Positions 25,360-38,936 are shown, numbered from the whole stretch's first letter. The stretch is 63,017 bases of DNA, filler included, from Octopus bimaculoides (GCF_001194135.2; 4 parts of 3 records of this genome joined end to end with filler, not necessarily neighbours in it), one strand, 5' to 3'. Numbers and translations are program-made. The notes: generated by a model from the sequence alone, not told the origin.

Positions 25360-25518
25360 TGCCAAACCAGCAGGGGGACACTGCTGACCTCCCCTGTTCG
25401 AAGGTTATAAAGGACACAGGTTTCGTGTGTCACATAGCTAGCTAGAGGCGATGGCTTCTTGGAGCTAATTCACGGCAGCTTTCGTCCTAATTTTGGGACT
25501 GCCATGTTGGCTTGGCGA

Positions 25519-25559
<41 letters not shown>

Positions 25560-25563
25560 GTAT

Positions 25564-26234
25564 CATAGGCGTGCGGTCCATGGAAGCAAGGGAAGCAATG
25601 CTTCCCTTAAAAAATATAGAAACAAAATTGAAACTATATTACTTATTTTTCTAATGTTCTGTTAAATTAATATAAACTACATGACATCATAGGCTTCAGT
25701 CTTTTATTGTTGGAATTAGCATGAGACGAGAAGCAGTGGCAGACGACGCAAAAAATCTGAGCAAGGGAAGCAACGCGAGCCGTTGCATCCTTTTGGGGTG
25801 TAATATTTAACATTTTTTTTTCCGATAAAAATGCCACAAAGACAATTTTTTTCTAGTAAGAGCTGATAACAAACAGTTTTAGATGTTAATAAATACTTAT
25901 ACGCTTAGATTAAGTTTCTGTCAATTCACAGTACCTATGATATATATAATCTTACGATGTTATGTAAGACTTACATAGGAAAAGGGAAGCAAATTGACAT
26001 TCTGCTTCCATCAGCAAAACGGTGAAAAGATAACACGCGCGTAGTTTTCCGCATTTATTCAACTAATATTTTATACTTTTTCAAATTACAGAAGACCTTT
26101 AATATAAAATGTGATCTTAAAAAAATTTTAAAAATATCTGTATAATACGAACATGTCAGTTTGATTCAAATATCTATGTGACAGAAAATTTTGGTCATTG
26201 CTTCCCCAGCTAAAAAGATCACAGCACGCTCCTG
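25564..26234. mobile_element. Putative non-autonomous TIR element (MITE)
   Basis: Imperfect TIRs cataggcgtgcggt / acagcacgctcctg; ggaagcaa motif repeated about 5 times; gtat abuts both ends. Confidence 0.55.
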
Positions 26235-26445
26235 GTATCTATATTTATATTTATGCATAAATATATATATATGTGTGTGTGTGTGTTTGTATATGTATAT
26301 ATATATATATACATATATATATATACATATACATATACATATATGTGTGTGTGTGTGTGTGTGACCCTTCTGTCCAGCATTCACTATGATAGATCGCTAA
26401 CCACTACACACATTTTTTTTTCTCTCCTTGTTTCTTTCAGTGTTG

Positions 26446-26481
26446 CTTTCTGTGGAAGAGCGTAGGCTCGACACGTTAAAG
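26446..26481 (+). ncRNA. Hammerhead-like variant, core mutated
   Basis: CTTT-CTGTGGA-A-GAGC-gtag-GCTC-GACAC-GT-T-AAAG; stems I and II pair, ACGT palindrome; A6 and one GAAA base deviate. Confidence 0.45.
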
Positions 26482-26511
26482 ACTTTTTCAATTCCCGAGC
26501 GTTATACTAAT

Positions 26512-27328
26512 ACATGGCCTTCCATTGCATACACTGTCTATCCATGGTTTAACAATTATTTCCAGGACCTCAATGTAGGCAGCAGAGTTAACTCTAAGCC
26601 CTTGTGGAAAGAAGTAAGGACGCGTCACATGTCCTTCATCGCTGACAACCCCTAAAACCATGACAGTTGCAGCAAATTTTGTATGCATAACACTTGGAAT
26701 TTCAGAAGGGTCTGCACATAACCACCTGTCATTTCTTCTGTTATCTTTTTGATCGTGGTCGAAGTTTTTCTCGTTTGAGAAAAACCAAATCAAATCTTCT
26801 GCTGGATTTTTCAGTTTGCTTAAGAGCTTTTTAGATCTGATATAGGGATTTTCTTTTGCTTTTTCTGACAAATTGACCTTTTTTCATCAAATAAGACATC
26901 TGATGTCTCCGTGGACAACATTTCTGACTGTTCCTTCTGACAAATGTAGAAATTTTGCAATTGACCTCATGGACTTTCTAGGATTGTAATCAATGGTCTC
27001 TTGAATTGGCTGGATAAATTCAGGTGTTCTGATAATTTCAGAGCGTTTAGAATGCATTTTTACGCTTTGATACTGGTGATATGTTTCCACCTTCAGTGTC
27101 TAGCTCCTCACAAACTTTGTAGATGAAAGAACTGACAACTTTTAAAAATCGAGATATTTCTAAATCGCTATGCCCAGCCTTTATGACCAAAATAACAGCA
27201 TGCCTCTTCATTTCTTGAGTAAGCTGAGGATCTGCCATTATTAATTTCTGAAACAAAGATTATACACAGTTAGCAAAAAATACAGCAATGACACAAAAAG
27301 GTATGTCATCAAATACTTCACACACCCT
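26512..27328 (-). mobile_element. Tc1/mariner maT-type element, 5' two-thirds, frameshifted
   Basis: HTH pieces, WFFSNEKNF (first D region), HTKFAATVMVLGVVSDEG, truncated at GRPCI; end motif cacaccct at the gap. Confidence 0.85.
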
Positions 27329-28220
27329 NNNNNNNNNNNNNNNNNNNNNNNNNNNNNNNNNNNNNNNNNNNNNNNNNNNNNNNNNNNNNNNNNNNNNNNN
27401 NNNNNNNNNNNNNNNNNNNNNNNNNNNNNNNNNNNNNNNNNNNNNNNNNNNNNNNNNNNNNNNNNNNNNNNNNNNNNNNNNNNNNNNNNNNNNNNNNNNN
27501 NNNNNNNNNNNNNNNNNNNNNNNNNNNNNNNNNNNNNNNNNNNNNNNNNNNNNNNNNNNNNNNNNNNNNNNNNNNNNNNNNNNNNNNNNNNNNNNNNNNN
27601 NNNNNNNNNNNNNNNNNNNNNNNNNNNNNNNNNNNNNNNNNNNNNNNNNNNNNNNNNNNNNNNNNNNNNNNNNNNNNNNNNNNNNNNNNNNNNNNNNNNN
27701 NNNNNNNNNNNNNNNNNNNNNNNNNNNNNNNNNNNNNNNNNNNNNNNNNNNNNNNNNNNNNNNNNNNNNNNNNNNNNNNNNNNNNNNNNNNNNNNNNNNN
27801 NNNNNNNNNNNNNNNNNNNNNNNNNNNNNNNNNNNNNNNNNNNNNNNNNNNNNNNNNNNNNNNNNNNNNNNNNNNNNNNNNNNNNNNNNNNNNNNNNNNN
27901 NNNNNNNNNNNNNNNNNNNNNNNNNNNNNNNNNNNNNNNNNNNNNNNNNNNNNNNNNNNNNNNNNNNNNNNNNNNNNNNNNNNNNNNNNNNNNNNNNNNN
28001 NNNNNNNNNNNNNNNNNNNNNNNNNNNNNNNNNNNNNNNNNNNNNNNNNNNNNNNNNNNNNNNNNNNNNNNNNNNNNNNNNNNNNNNNNNNNNNNNNNNN
28101 NNNNNNNNNNNNNNNNNNNNNNNNNNNNNNNNNNNNNNNNNNNNNNNNNNNNNNNNNNNNNNNNNNNNNNNNNNNNNNNNNNNNNNNNNNNNNNNNNNNN
28201 NNNNNNNNNNNNNNNNNNNN

Positions 28221-28870
28221 GGAGAGTGCAATCTGAGGACATGTGCCGAGAGTGATAAAAATCAAACATCCAATCAACATCATGGTGTTTGGAGTGATCA
28301 CTAGTAATGTCGATGTTATGCCTCCATTCATCTTCCCACACGGCCTCAGACTCAGCGCGGAGGCCTATATTAAGCACCTGGAGGTGGGAGTGCAGCCCTG
28401 GGTGAAGAGAGTAGCTGCTGGAAGACCCTATGTCTGGCAACAGGACTCAGCATCAGGCCAGACAAGCAGGAGAACCCAGTCATAGCTGTCAGACAATTTC
28501 TGCGACCACATCACCCCTAACATCTGCCAACTAACTCCTCAGACTGCAACCCCCTTGATTATTATGTGCGGGGCGTAGGTGAGCGAGAGACCAGCAAAAT
28601 TCCTTGTAACACCAAAGATGAGGTGAAGGCAATGGTTATGGCAGCATTCACAAACTTAAACAAGGAGACCATCCAGAAGAGTTGCAGGAGATTCCGAAGT
28701 CGTCTGTAGGCCGTGGTTAAAGCCAACGGCGATTTTATTGAATAAATTTACTGTTTAGTATTTCAAGAAATATTTATGTAAGTTTGGTAAATATAGCTGT
28801 TAAAATGAGACGTCTGTGTTCTTTTCATTTTTGCGTAATTTAGACGGTAATATATTCGCCACACTGTGTA
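28221..28870 (+). mobile_element. Tc1/mariner maT (DD37D) element, 3' half
   Basis: GRPYVWQQDSA...SDCNPLDYY with 37 residues between the Ds after fixing one frameshift; ANGDFIE* stop at 28743; end cacactgtgta. Confidence 0.85.
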
Positions 28871-29084
28871 TATTTGTACGTGTGATGTGGGTGCGTCTGT
28901 GTGTGTGAATATATGTGTGTATGTGCGTGTGTATATATATATAGAGAGAGAGGGGGAGAGGGAGAGAGAGAGGGGGGAGAGAGCTACAAAGGAGCAGTAT
29001 ATCCATCTTGGATGTATGTGTGTGTACGTGTGTGTGTGTGTGTATGTGTGTGTGTGTGTGTGTGTGTGTTTGTGTGTGTGTATA

Positions 29085-29300
29085 AGTGTGTATGTGCGTC
29101 TTTATGTCTGTATTTGCCACCCACTCCCACCCATCATCGCTTGACAACCGGTGCTAATGTGTTTACGTCCCCATAACCTACCGGTTAGGCAAACGAGATC
29201 GACACTAGGCTGAAAAAATAAACCCTGGGGTCAATTTGCTCGACTAGAAACCTTTCAAGGCGGTGCTCCAGCATGGCCGCAATCAAATGACTGGAAAAAG
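29085..29300 (+). mobile_element. SINE family A tail
   Basis: atcgcttgacaaccggtgc...cagcatggccgcaatcaaatgac. Confidence 0.8.
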
Positions 29301-29391
29301 CAAAATATTATATATAGTAAAGTCTATTTGCTAACATAATGTGACAGTCCTAATATATATACATATATATAATCAAAATTGGCAACAGGAT

Positions 29392-29608
29392 AATCTTTTC
29401 TACTCTAGGCAGAAGACCCGAAATTTTTGGGGAGGGGGGCCGGTCGATTAGATCGAACTCAGAATGCAACTGGTCCTTAATTTATCGCCCCCGAAAGGAT
29501 GAAAAGCAAAGTCGACCTCGGCGGAATTTGAACTCAACGTAAAGACAAACGAAATACCACTAAGCATTTCGTCCTGCGTGCTAACGTTTCTGACAGCTCG
29601 CCGCCTTT
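29392..29608 (-). mobile_element. SINE family B, CpG-retaining copy
   Basis: gtcgacctcggcggaatttgaactc...ctgacagctcgccgcc. Confidence 0.85.
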
Positions 29609-30155
29609 AAGCAACTGCATAATGCATAATATATATATTGTATGTTCCAACACGGCACTCTCTTCTATGTAAGCAGGTTTAATCTATTAAGAGTAGCTGG
29701 ATTAACATTCGTTTAATACGTTCACTGAACTAATTAAACATAAACATACTTTTAATGAAGGTCGTTGCAAGTGCTGGAAACAACAGCTTCATGTTCTTCA
29801 TATCATGCCGTACTTAATAAAACGGTGTTGGATAATGTTCACATAAATATATTTCTCTATGAGAAAATATAAATTGCAAGATGAAGCGATCATAAGTCAT
29901 AAGTCGTAACTCTTTTAGATTAAGACTAACCTAGGGTTAAACAACAACCATTAGCAATGTTCAGTTAGATTTAACTTTTATTTGTTTCAGTCGTAGGATT
30001 AGGGCCATGCTGGGGCACCACTTTGAAGGAATTAGTCGACTAATTTCGATACACATTTTTTGAAGTCTGGTACTTTTGCCGAACAGGTAAGTTACAAGAG
30101 GACATAAAACAAACCAACACCGGTTGTCAAGCGATAGTCGGGGACAAGACAAACG

Positions 30156-30215
<60 letters not shown>

Positions 30216-30953
30216 NNNNNNNNNNNNNNNNNNNNNNNNNNNNNNNNNNNNNNNNNNNNNNNNNNNNNNNNNNNNNNNNNNNNNNNNNNNNNNNNNNNNN
30301 NNNNNNNNNNNNNNNNNNNNNNNNNNNNNNNNNNNNNNNNNNNNNNNNNNNNNNNNNNNNNNNNNNNNNNNNNNNNNNNNNNNNNNNNNNNNNNNNNNNN
30401 NNNNNNNNNNNNNNNNNNNNNNNNNNNNNNNNNNNNNNNNNNNNNNNNNNNNNNNNNNNNNNNNNNNNNNNNNNNNNNNNNNNNNNNNNNNNNNNNNNNN
30501 NNNNNNNNNNNNNNNNNNNNNNNNNNNNNNNNNNNNNNNNNNNNNNNNNNNNNNNNNNNNNNNNNNNNNNNNNNNNNNNNNNNNNNNNNNNNNNNNNNNN
30601 NNNNNNNNNNNNNNNNNNNNNNNNNNNNNNNNNNNNNNNNNNNNNNNNNNNNNNNNNNNNNNNNNNNNNNNNNNNNNNNNNNNNNNNNNNNNNNNNNNNN
30701 NNNNNNNNNNNNNNNNNNNNNNNNNNNNNNNNNNNNNNNNNNNNNNNNNNNNNNNNNNNNNNNNNNNNNNNNNNNNNNNNNNNNNNNNNNNNNNNNNNNN
30801 NNNNNNNNNNNNNNNNNNNNNNNNNNNNNNNNNNNNNNNNNNNNNNNNNNNNNNNNNNNNNNNNNNNNNNNNNNNNNNNNNNNNNNNNNNNNNNNNNNNN
30901 NNNNNNNNNNNNNNNNNNNNNNNNNNNNNNNNNNNNNNNNNNNNNNNNNNNNA

Positions 30954-30987
<34 letters not shown>

Positions 30988-31084
30988 ATATATATATATA
31001 TATATATAATACAAATAATAAATGAGTACATGCATATATACGTACATGTATGTACATACCTACATCTACCTGTATATATAGATG

Positions 31085-31223
31085 CGTATCTGGGTACAGG
31101 ACGTCACAGAAAAACGTAGACAAAATGAAAAACAGAACATAAACAGAGCACAGAAAACACACAGGCCACATAGAAAACATTTCCTTCTTCAGCTGCCATC
31201 ATTCTAAAACTAAGCGTTTTACG

Positions 31224-31225
<2 letters not shown>
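31085..31225 (-). mobile_element. Penelope-like or unclassified repeat with a half hammerhead motif
   Basis: Reverse complement has gcagCTGAAGAAGG and ends acgtcctgtacccagatacgcatc, as in 39200-39345. Confidence 0.4.
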
Positions 31226-31257
<32 letters not shown>

Positions 31258-32337
31258 TGTACGTAAGTATGTACGTGCACGCGCGTGTCGGTGAAATCCC
31301 CCAAATAAAACAGATCGAAGTTAAGCGCATAATGCAATAACTGCTCCAGCAAGGCCTCAGCTCATACATCGAAACTGCTCAAAGAATTAACAGAATACAA
31401 TATGAAGACAGAGAAAGAGAGACAGATACATCTCGGTAAAGTGGTTTACGTGAGGAGAAATATTGGGAGATAAAAGTGGGTGGGACTGACTTGTTTATAC
31501 AAGAAGTTAATGGCTGTTCGACATAAATAATGTATATATATATATATATATACTTGTGTATGTGTGTGTGTGCGGGCGTACATATGTATGTATTTGTATG
31601 TATACATATATATATATATATATATNNNNNNNNNNNNNNNNNNNNNNNNNNNNNNNNNNNNNNNNNNNNNNNNNNNNNNNNNNNNNNNNNNNNNNNNNNN
31701 NNNNNNNNNNNNNNNNNNNNNNNNNNNNNNNNNNNNNNNNNNNNNNNNNNNNNNNNNNNNNNNNNNNNNNNNNNNNNNNNNNNNNNNNNNNNNNNNNNNN
31801 NNNNNNNNNNNNNNNNNNNNNNNNNNNNNNNNNNNNNNNNNNNNNNNNNNNNNNNNNNNNNNNNNNNNNNNNNNNNNNNNNNNNNNNNNNNNNNNNNNNN
31901 NNNNNNNNNNNNNNNNNNNNNNNNNNNNNNNNNNNNNNNNNNNNNNNNNNNNNNNNNNNNNNNNNNNNNNNNNNNNNNNNNNNNNNNNNNNNNNNNNNNN
32001 NNNNNNNNNNNNNNNNNNNNNNNNNNNNNNNNNNNNNNNNNNNNNNNNNNNNNNNNNNNNNNNNNNNNNNNNNNNNNNNNNNNNNNNNNNNNNNNNNNNN
32101 NNNNNNNNNNNNNNNNNNNNNNNNNNNNNNNNNNNNNNNNNNNNNNNNNNNNNNNNNNNNNNNNNNNNNNNNNNNNNNNNNNNNNNNNNNNNNNNNNNNN
32201 NNNNNNNNNNNNNNNNNNNNNNNNNNNNNNNNNNNNNNNNNNNNNNNNNNNNNNNNNNNNNNNNNNNNNNNNNNNNNNNNNNNNNNNNNNNNNNNNNNNN
32301 NNNNNNNNNNNNNNNNNNNNNNNNNNNNNNNNNNNNN

Positions 32338-32412
<75 letters not shown>

Positions 32413-33230
32413 CATAGATAGATTTGAGAACATTTTGTAAGCAGACTTAGAAACACCGAGTGAGTTGGTATTCTACAGAAAATAACGAAATCCACGAACG
32501 CACAATGGTTGTGGAAACGGTTTTAAAAATCAGGTAAATATCCTTAAAAGACGGAAAAAAAGTGATCTTCTTCATATTTAAAAAATAATAATAATAATAA
32601 TAAAAACAGTATGCGGTAAAGTCATTAGAATATTTTTCCAACCTTGTCTGGTGTATTCTATATATATAGACTGGATTGTCAAAATCTTGTCAGCACCGGA
32701 TATAACGCTTTACAGTGCAGGTAACAACAGCGACTTTGCAGACACTGTTGGTCTGGAACTTCTTATAATGAATACTAATTTGCACTACTGTACTAGTATC
32801 TGTATTAATTTGATTACCTAAATAACATCAATATTTATATGATTAAGAACGTGTGTTGACAAGGATAACCACCCCTGGTTCATTGGCGCCAAAAATTCCG
32901 GAAAATCGATGCTGAAACTTTATTTCTTCGGGTTGTTTACGTTCTGAGCTATGGTTCCATAAGGTTCCATTCAGTATGGTACCAGTATTTCACCAGTGAT
33001 GCACTGAGTTCGATCGATTTCATTGATTACTGCTTGTTGTCAATATGCAACGATTTAGTAGGCTTCAACCACTTGGCAAACGATGGGTCTCTAATGGCAG
33101 GTGGTATGACCTACAGAGTGGAAAACATTGCTGAATCATCATGGTACTTCTCTATAATAACCTGTAGTACGGCTAACGTCACATACCCGTGCACACACAC
33201 ATTCAGGCGCGGCACCTTCTCCCCCATGTG

Positions 33231-33273
<43 letters not shown>

Positions 33274-34389
33274 NNNNNNNNNNNNNNNNNNNNNNNNNNN
33301 NNNNNNNNNNNNNNNNNNNNNNNNNNNNNNNNNNNNNNNNNNNNNNNNNNNNNNNNNNNNNNNNNNNNNNNNNNNNNNNNNNNNNNNNNNNNNNNNNNNN
33401 NNNNNNNNNNNNNNNNNNNNNNNNNNNNNNNNNNNNNNNNNNNNNNNNNNNNNNNNNNNNNNNNNNNNNNNNNNNNNNNNNNNNNNNNNNNNNNNNNNNN
33501 NNNNNNNNNNNNNNNNNNNNNNNNNNNNNNNNNNNNNNNNNNNNNNNNNNNNNNNNNNNNNNNNNNNNNNNNNNNNNNNNNNNNNNNNNNNNNNNNNNNN
33601 NNNNNNNNNNNNNNNNNNNNNNNNNNNNNNNNNNNNNNNNNNNNNNNNNNNNNNNNNNNNNNNNNNNNNNNNNNNNNNNNNNNNNNNNNNNNNNNNNNNN
33701 NNNNNNNNNNNNNNNNNNNNNNNNNNNNNNNNNNNNNNNNNNNNNNNNNNNNNNNNNNNNNNNNNNNNNNNNNNNNNNNNNNNNNNNNNNNNNNNNNNNN
33801 NNNNNNNNNNNNNNNNNNNNNNNNNNNNNNNNNNNNNNNNNNNNNNNNNNNNNNNNNNNNNNNNNNNNNNNNNNNNNNNNNNNNNNNNNNNNNNNNNNNN
33901 NNNNNNNNNNNNNNNNNNNNNNNNNNNNNNNNNNNNNNNNNNNNNNNNNNNNNNNNNNNNNNNNNNNNNNNNNNNNNNNNNNNNNNNNNNNNNNNNNNNN
34001 NNNNNNNNNNNNNNNNNNNNNNNNNNNNNNNNNNNNNNNNNNNNNNNNNNNNNNNNNNNNNNNNNNNNNNNNNNNNNNNNNNNNNNNNNNNNNNNNNNNN
34101 NNNNNNNNNNNNNNNNNNNNNNNNNNNNNNNNNNNNNNNNNNNNNNNNNNNNNNNNNNNNNNNNNNNNNNNNNNNNNNNNNNNNNNNNNNNNNNNNNNNN
34201 NNNNNNNNNNNNNNNNNNNNNNNNNNNNNNNNNNNNNNNNNNNNNNNNNNNNNNNNNNNNNNNNNNNNNNNATAATAATAAATGGAGCGAAACGCATATA
34301 AATAAAAGTTCCTTTAATTCCTACACATGTTTCAAAATAAATGACAGCTCCTTCACAAAGAAGTAAGAGCTGCTGGGATTCGTCATATA

Positions 34390-34450
<61 letters not shown>

Positions 34451-35439
34451 GGCGCGTGATTTAGTAGTAAAGGTATTTGATTCATGATAGTAACATTGTG
34501 CTTCTTATTCCTGGACCGGGCGATGAGTAGCGATCTTGAAGAAAACATTTAATTCCACGTTACACCAATCCACTAAGCAGGTAGAAAGATGAGTATTCCT
34601 GCGACGGAACAGCAACGCATCCAGTGAAAATATATACGCCACAAAAACCTGAAAACGACTTATAAGTCTGAATGGACCAAGGAGTTCTATCCTTTTAATA
34701 AACACTTAGCTAGTGTTGTTTCCAGGTCTTCAATGACACAGATATTTGCACCTGTTAGGGACAGGTAACTATCGTGTGAACAACTGGGAGTGAAGGATCC
34801 CCTAGTTCTCGTTAAAACTTCCTTAAAGGAGAAGATAAACTCCTATAAAAAAATAAAATAAAAACCTAAGGTCCAGGTGATTTCTGGTTGTCTCAACCCC
34901 TATTGTACCCACTGGTTTTTTTTAGCTGTTTACGTTGAAATGTGAGTTTAGTGTTGCCCAACATTTCATCCGAATACACAAAAATAAACGCACGGGAACC
35001 TCTTGGAATCTTGGAACTNNNNNNNNNNNNNNNNNNNNNNNNNNNNNNNNNNNNNNNNNNNNNNNNNNNNNNNNNNNNNNNNNNNNNNNNNNNNNNNNNN
35101 NNNNNNNNNNNNNNNNNNNNNNNNNNNNNNNNNNNNNNNNNNNNNNNNNNNNNNNNNNNNNNNNNNNNNNNNNNNNNNNNNNNNNNNNNNNNNNNNNNNN
35201 NNNNNNNNNNNNNNNNNNNNNNNNNNNNNNNNNNNNNNNNNNNNNNNNNNNNNNNNNNNNNNNNNNNNNNNNNNNNNNNNNNNNNNNNNNNNNNNNNNNN
35301 NNNNNNNNNNNNNNNNNNNNNNNNNNNNNNNNNNATATATATATATATATATACAACTACATATATATATACATACATACATATATGTATATACATGTAT
35401 ATAGATATAAGTTCAAGTTCATAATAACAAAATGTATAT

Positions 35440-35670
35440 ATGTATGTATGTATGTATGTATATTTGTGTGTGTGTTTGTTCCACCAACAGCGCTTGACAA
35501 CCGATGCTGGTGTGTTTATGTCCCCCCCCCTTAACTAGCGGTTCGGCAAAAACGACGGATGAGAAAAAGTACTAGGCTTAGAAAGAATAAGTCCTGGGGT
35601 CAATTTGCTCGACTAAAGGCAGTGCTCCAGCATGGCCGCAGTCAAATGACTGAAAGACGTAAAAGAATAA
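35440..35670 (+). mobile_element. SINE family A tail
   Basis: gcgcttgacaaccgatgctgg...gactgaaagacgtaaaag. Confidence 0.8.
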
Positions 35671-35900
35671 AGAAATATATATATATTATATAATATACAG
35701 ACACGCATTATTGAAATATTGTGTTTATTTATATATATGTATATATACATCTACATATATGTATGTATATATACAAATATACTTACATGTATATAGATAT
35801 ATGTATGTATAAATACATACATATATATATATGCATGCAAAATGTATGTATATATATATGTATGTATATATATATATATATATATATATANNNNNNNNNN

Positions 35901-35939
<39 letters not shown>

Positions 35940-36583
35940 GTGCATGTTTACATACATAGGCACATGTGTACGTCAGTGTGTAAAAAATTTGTAATCGAAA
36001 TAGCATACAGAAATTAAAATACAACATACTTTATATACAGCATTGAAATATACTGAATAAAAGTGGATTTTAACGGCGAATTTTAACGGGCGAATTCATA
36101 AACAGGTTTATTGCAGAGTCAAAAAGTCGCAAAATAAAAAAAAATAATCGTACTGTCCTACACTATCAATCACGCAGCCACTTAGTCAAATGTACATATA
36201 CACACACATATAATCAAACATGTACACGTACATGTGTCTAAGTGTATGATATACAGATGTGTTTATATATTCATGTGTTTATATATACATGTGTATGTGC
36301 TGTACATACACTCGTATAGCTAAACGAACTACTGTTTAATGCTTTCCCGCCTTTTTCCACTCGTCACTTTACACGCTGTAGGAGGCTTAACGAACTTTAG
36401 ATAGCTAGCTCTACTACTATCAACCACGTGTCTTGATGTGTCATTTTCCGTAGTCAGGATAGCCTGATAGTCAATCGCTTAAAAACATTGGGTTATCGCT
36501 TGCGCATACATACACGAAATTATCTACATGTACATGTGTATGCACACATACATACAAACATACACACACACATACACACATAT

Positions 36584-36616
<33 letters not shown>

Positions 36617-37481
36617 TATACACACACATACATAGATATACACACATGTAATATATACGTACAAACACACACACACATATATATATAAATATATACATGC
36701 ATATATATATTTATACATATAAATATATATATACATGTATATACATGCTTATATATACTTGTATATATATACATATACATACATACATATATATATATNN
36801 NNNNNNNNNNNNNNNNNNNNNNNNNNNNNNNNNNNNNNNNNNNNNNNNNNNNNNNNNNNNNNNNNNNNNNNNNNNNNNNNNNNNNNNNNNNNNNNNNNNN
36901 NNNNNNNNNNNNNNNNNNNNNNNNNNNNNNNNNNNNNNNNNNNNNNNNNNNNNNNNNNNNNNNNNNNNNNNNNNNNNNNNNNNNNNNNNNNNNNNNNNNN
37001 NNNNNNNNNNNNNNNNNNNNNNNNNNNNNNNNNNNNNNNNNNNNNNNNNNNNNNNNNNNNNNNNNNNNNNNNNNNNNNNNNNNNNNNNNNNNNNNNNNNN
37101 NNNNNNNNNNNNNNNNNNNNNNNNNNNNNNNNNNNNNNNNNNNNNNNNNNNNNNNNNNNNNNNNNNNNNNNNNNNNNNNNNNNNNNNNNNNNNNNNNNNN
37201 NNNNNNNNNNNNNNNNNNNNNNNNNNNNNNNNNNNNNNNNNNNNNNNNNNNNNNNNNNNNNNNNNNNNNNNNNNNNNNNNNNNNNNNNNNNNNNNNNNNN
37301 NNNNNNNNNNNNNNNNNNNNNNNNNNNNNNNNNNNNNNNNNNNNNNNNNNNNNNNNNNNNNNNNNNNNNNNNNNNNNNNNNNNNNNNNNNNNNNNNNNNN
37401 NNNNNNNNNNNNNNNNNNNNNNNNNNNNNNNNNNNNNNNNNNNNNNNNNNNNNNNNNNNNNNNNNNNNNNNNNNNNNNNNN

Positions 37482-37499
<18 letters not shown>

Positions 37500-37513
<14 letters not shown>

Positions 37514-37722
37514 ATATGTTTGTGTCTCTGTGTTTGTCCCCCCAACATCGCTTGACAACCGATACTGGTGTGTTTACTTCCCCGTAACTTATCGGTTCGG
37601 CAAAAGACACCGATAGAATAAAGTACTAGGCTTACAAAAGAATAAGTCCTGGGGTCGATTTGCTCGACTAAAGGCAGTGCTCCAGCATGGCCACAGTCAA
37701 ATGACTGAAACAAGTAAAAGAG
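37500..37722 (+). mobile_element. SINE family A tail
   Basis: ccccaacatcgcttgacaacc...aaacaagtaaaagag. Confidence 0.85.
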
Positions 37723-37945
37723 AGTGTAGGTAAATATATGTTTGTATGTGTGTATTTATAAGTGTGTAAATGCAGCTACATGTATTTATCTTATCTGCGG
37801 TACAAGAGTACATTGAGCAACGCATATGTACGGCTTAACACTTGATGCAATTAAAGTCTCCTGTATGCGTATATCATACACAGAAGCACACACACACACA
37901 CATACACAAACACACGTATGTATACATCCGAGTATATATGTGCAC

Positions 37946-37977
<32 letters not shown>

Positions 37978-38382
37978 GCATGAATGTATGTATGTTTCTA
38001 TGCATATGTGCATGAACATACGTAAATATATACAAACATGATATATACTGTGTGCTTTCTTCTCTCGGCATGGTGTATGGTGTCTGTTAACCAAAAATGC
38101 AGTGAAAAAGTAGAAGAAATGCAAAATGATGCATATGCAAATTAAGTTAATTAGTGGAGATGCATTATACATGCATAGGAGGTGGGGTCATGAATAACTG
38201 ATATATTTTTGAGTGAATATATGCGTGTTCATCTAGATCTGTCTTTGCTTATTTTATTAACATATAAATATATACACAAGGTTACGCACAAGCTTGTTTG
38301 TTTTCATAGTACATATGCGATGCTTGTACATCACACACACACACAGATATTTGTATGTATGTATATTATATATATATATATA

Positions 38383-38548
38383 TAGGCGGAGGCGTGGCTG
38401 TTAGGTAAGTCTTGCTTTCCAACCACATAGTTCGAGGTTCAGTTCCGCTGCATGACACCTTGGACAAGTGTCCTCTACTAAAACATCAGGCCGACCAAAG
38501 CCTTGTGAGTAGATTTAGTAAACAGAAACTGAAAGAAGTTCGTCGTAT

Positions 38549-38595
<47 letters not shown>

Positions 38596-38870
38596 TGTGT
38601 GTATGTGTATGTGTGTGTGTGTGCGTGTGTGTGTATGTGCGTGTGTGTGTGCGTCTTTATGCGTGTGTTTTTCTCCCACCACCGCATGACAGCCGGTGTC
38701 GGTGTGTTTACATCCCCGTAAGTTAGCGTTTCACCACAAGAGAACGATCGAATAAGTGCCAGGCTTTAGAAAAATAAGTACGGGGGTCGATACACTCGAC
38801 TAAAAATACTTAAAGGCGGTGCCCCAGCATGGCCATAGTCTATGAGTGAAGCAAGTAAAACATAAAAGAT
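38383..38870 (+). mobile_element. SINE family A, full length
   Basis: ggcggaggcgtggctg head, (GT)(GA) middle, tail. Confidence 0.85.
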
Positions 38871-38899
38871 TCATGTCCGTTTGCCTGATGAATACACAT

Positions 38900-38936
<37 letters not shown>

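Noticed and set aside
32870-33210. About 115-codon open frame on the plus strand
   Set aside because: No recognisable motif, no clear start or splice pair; may be chance
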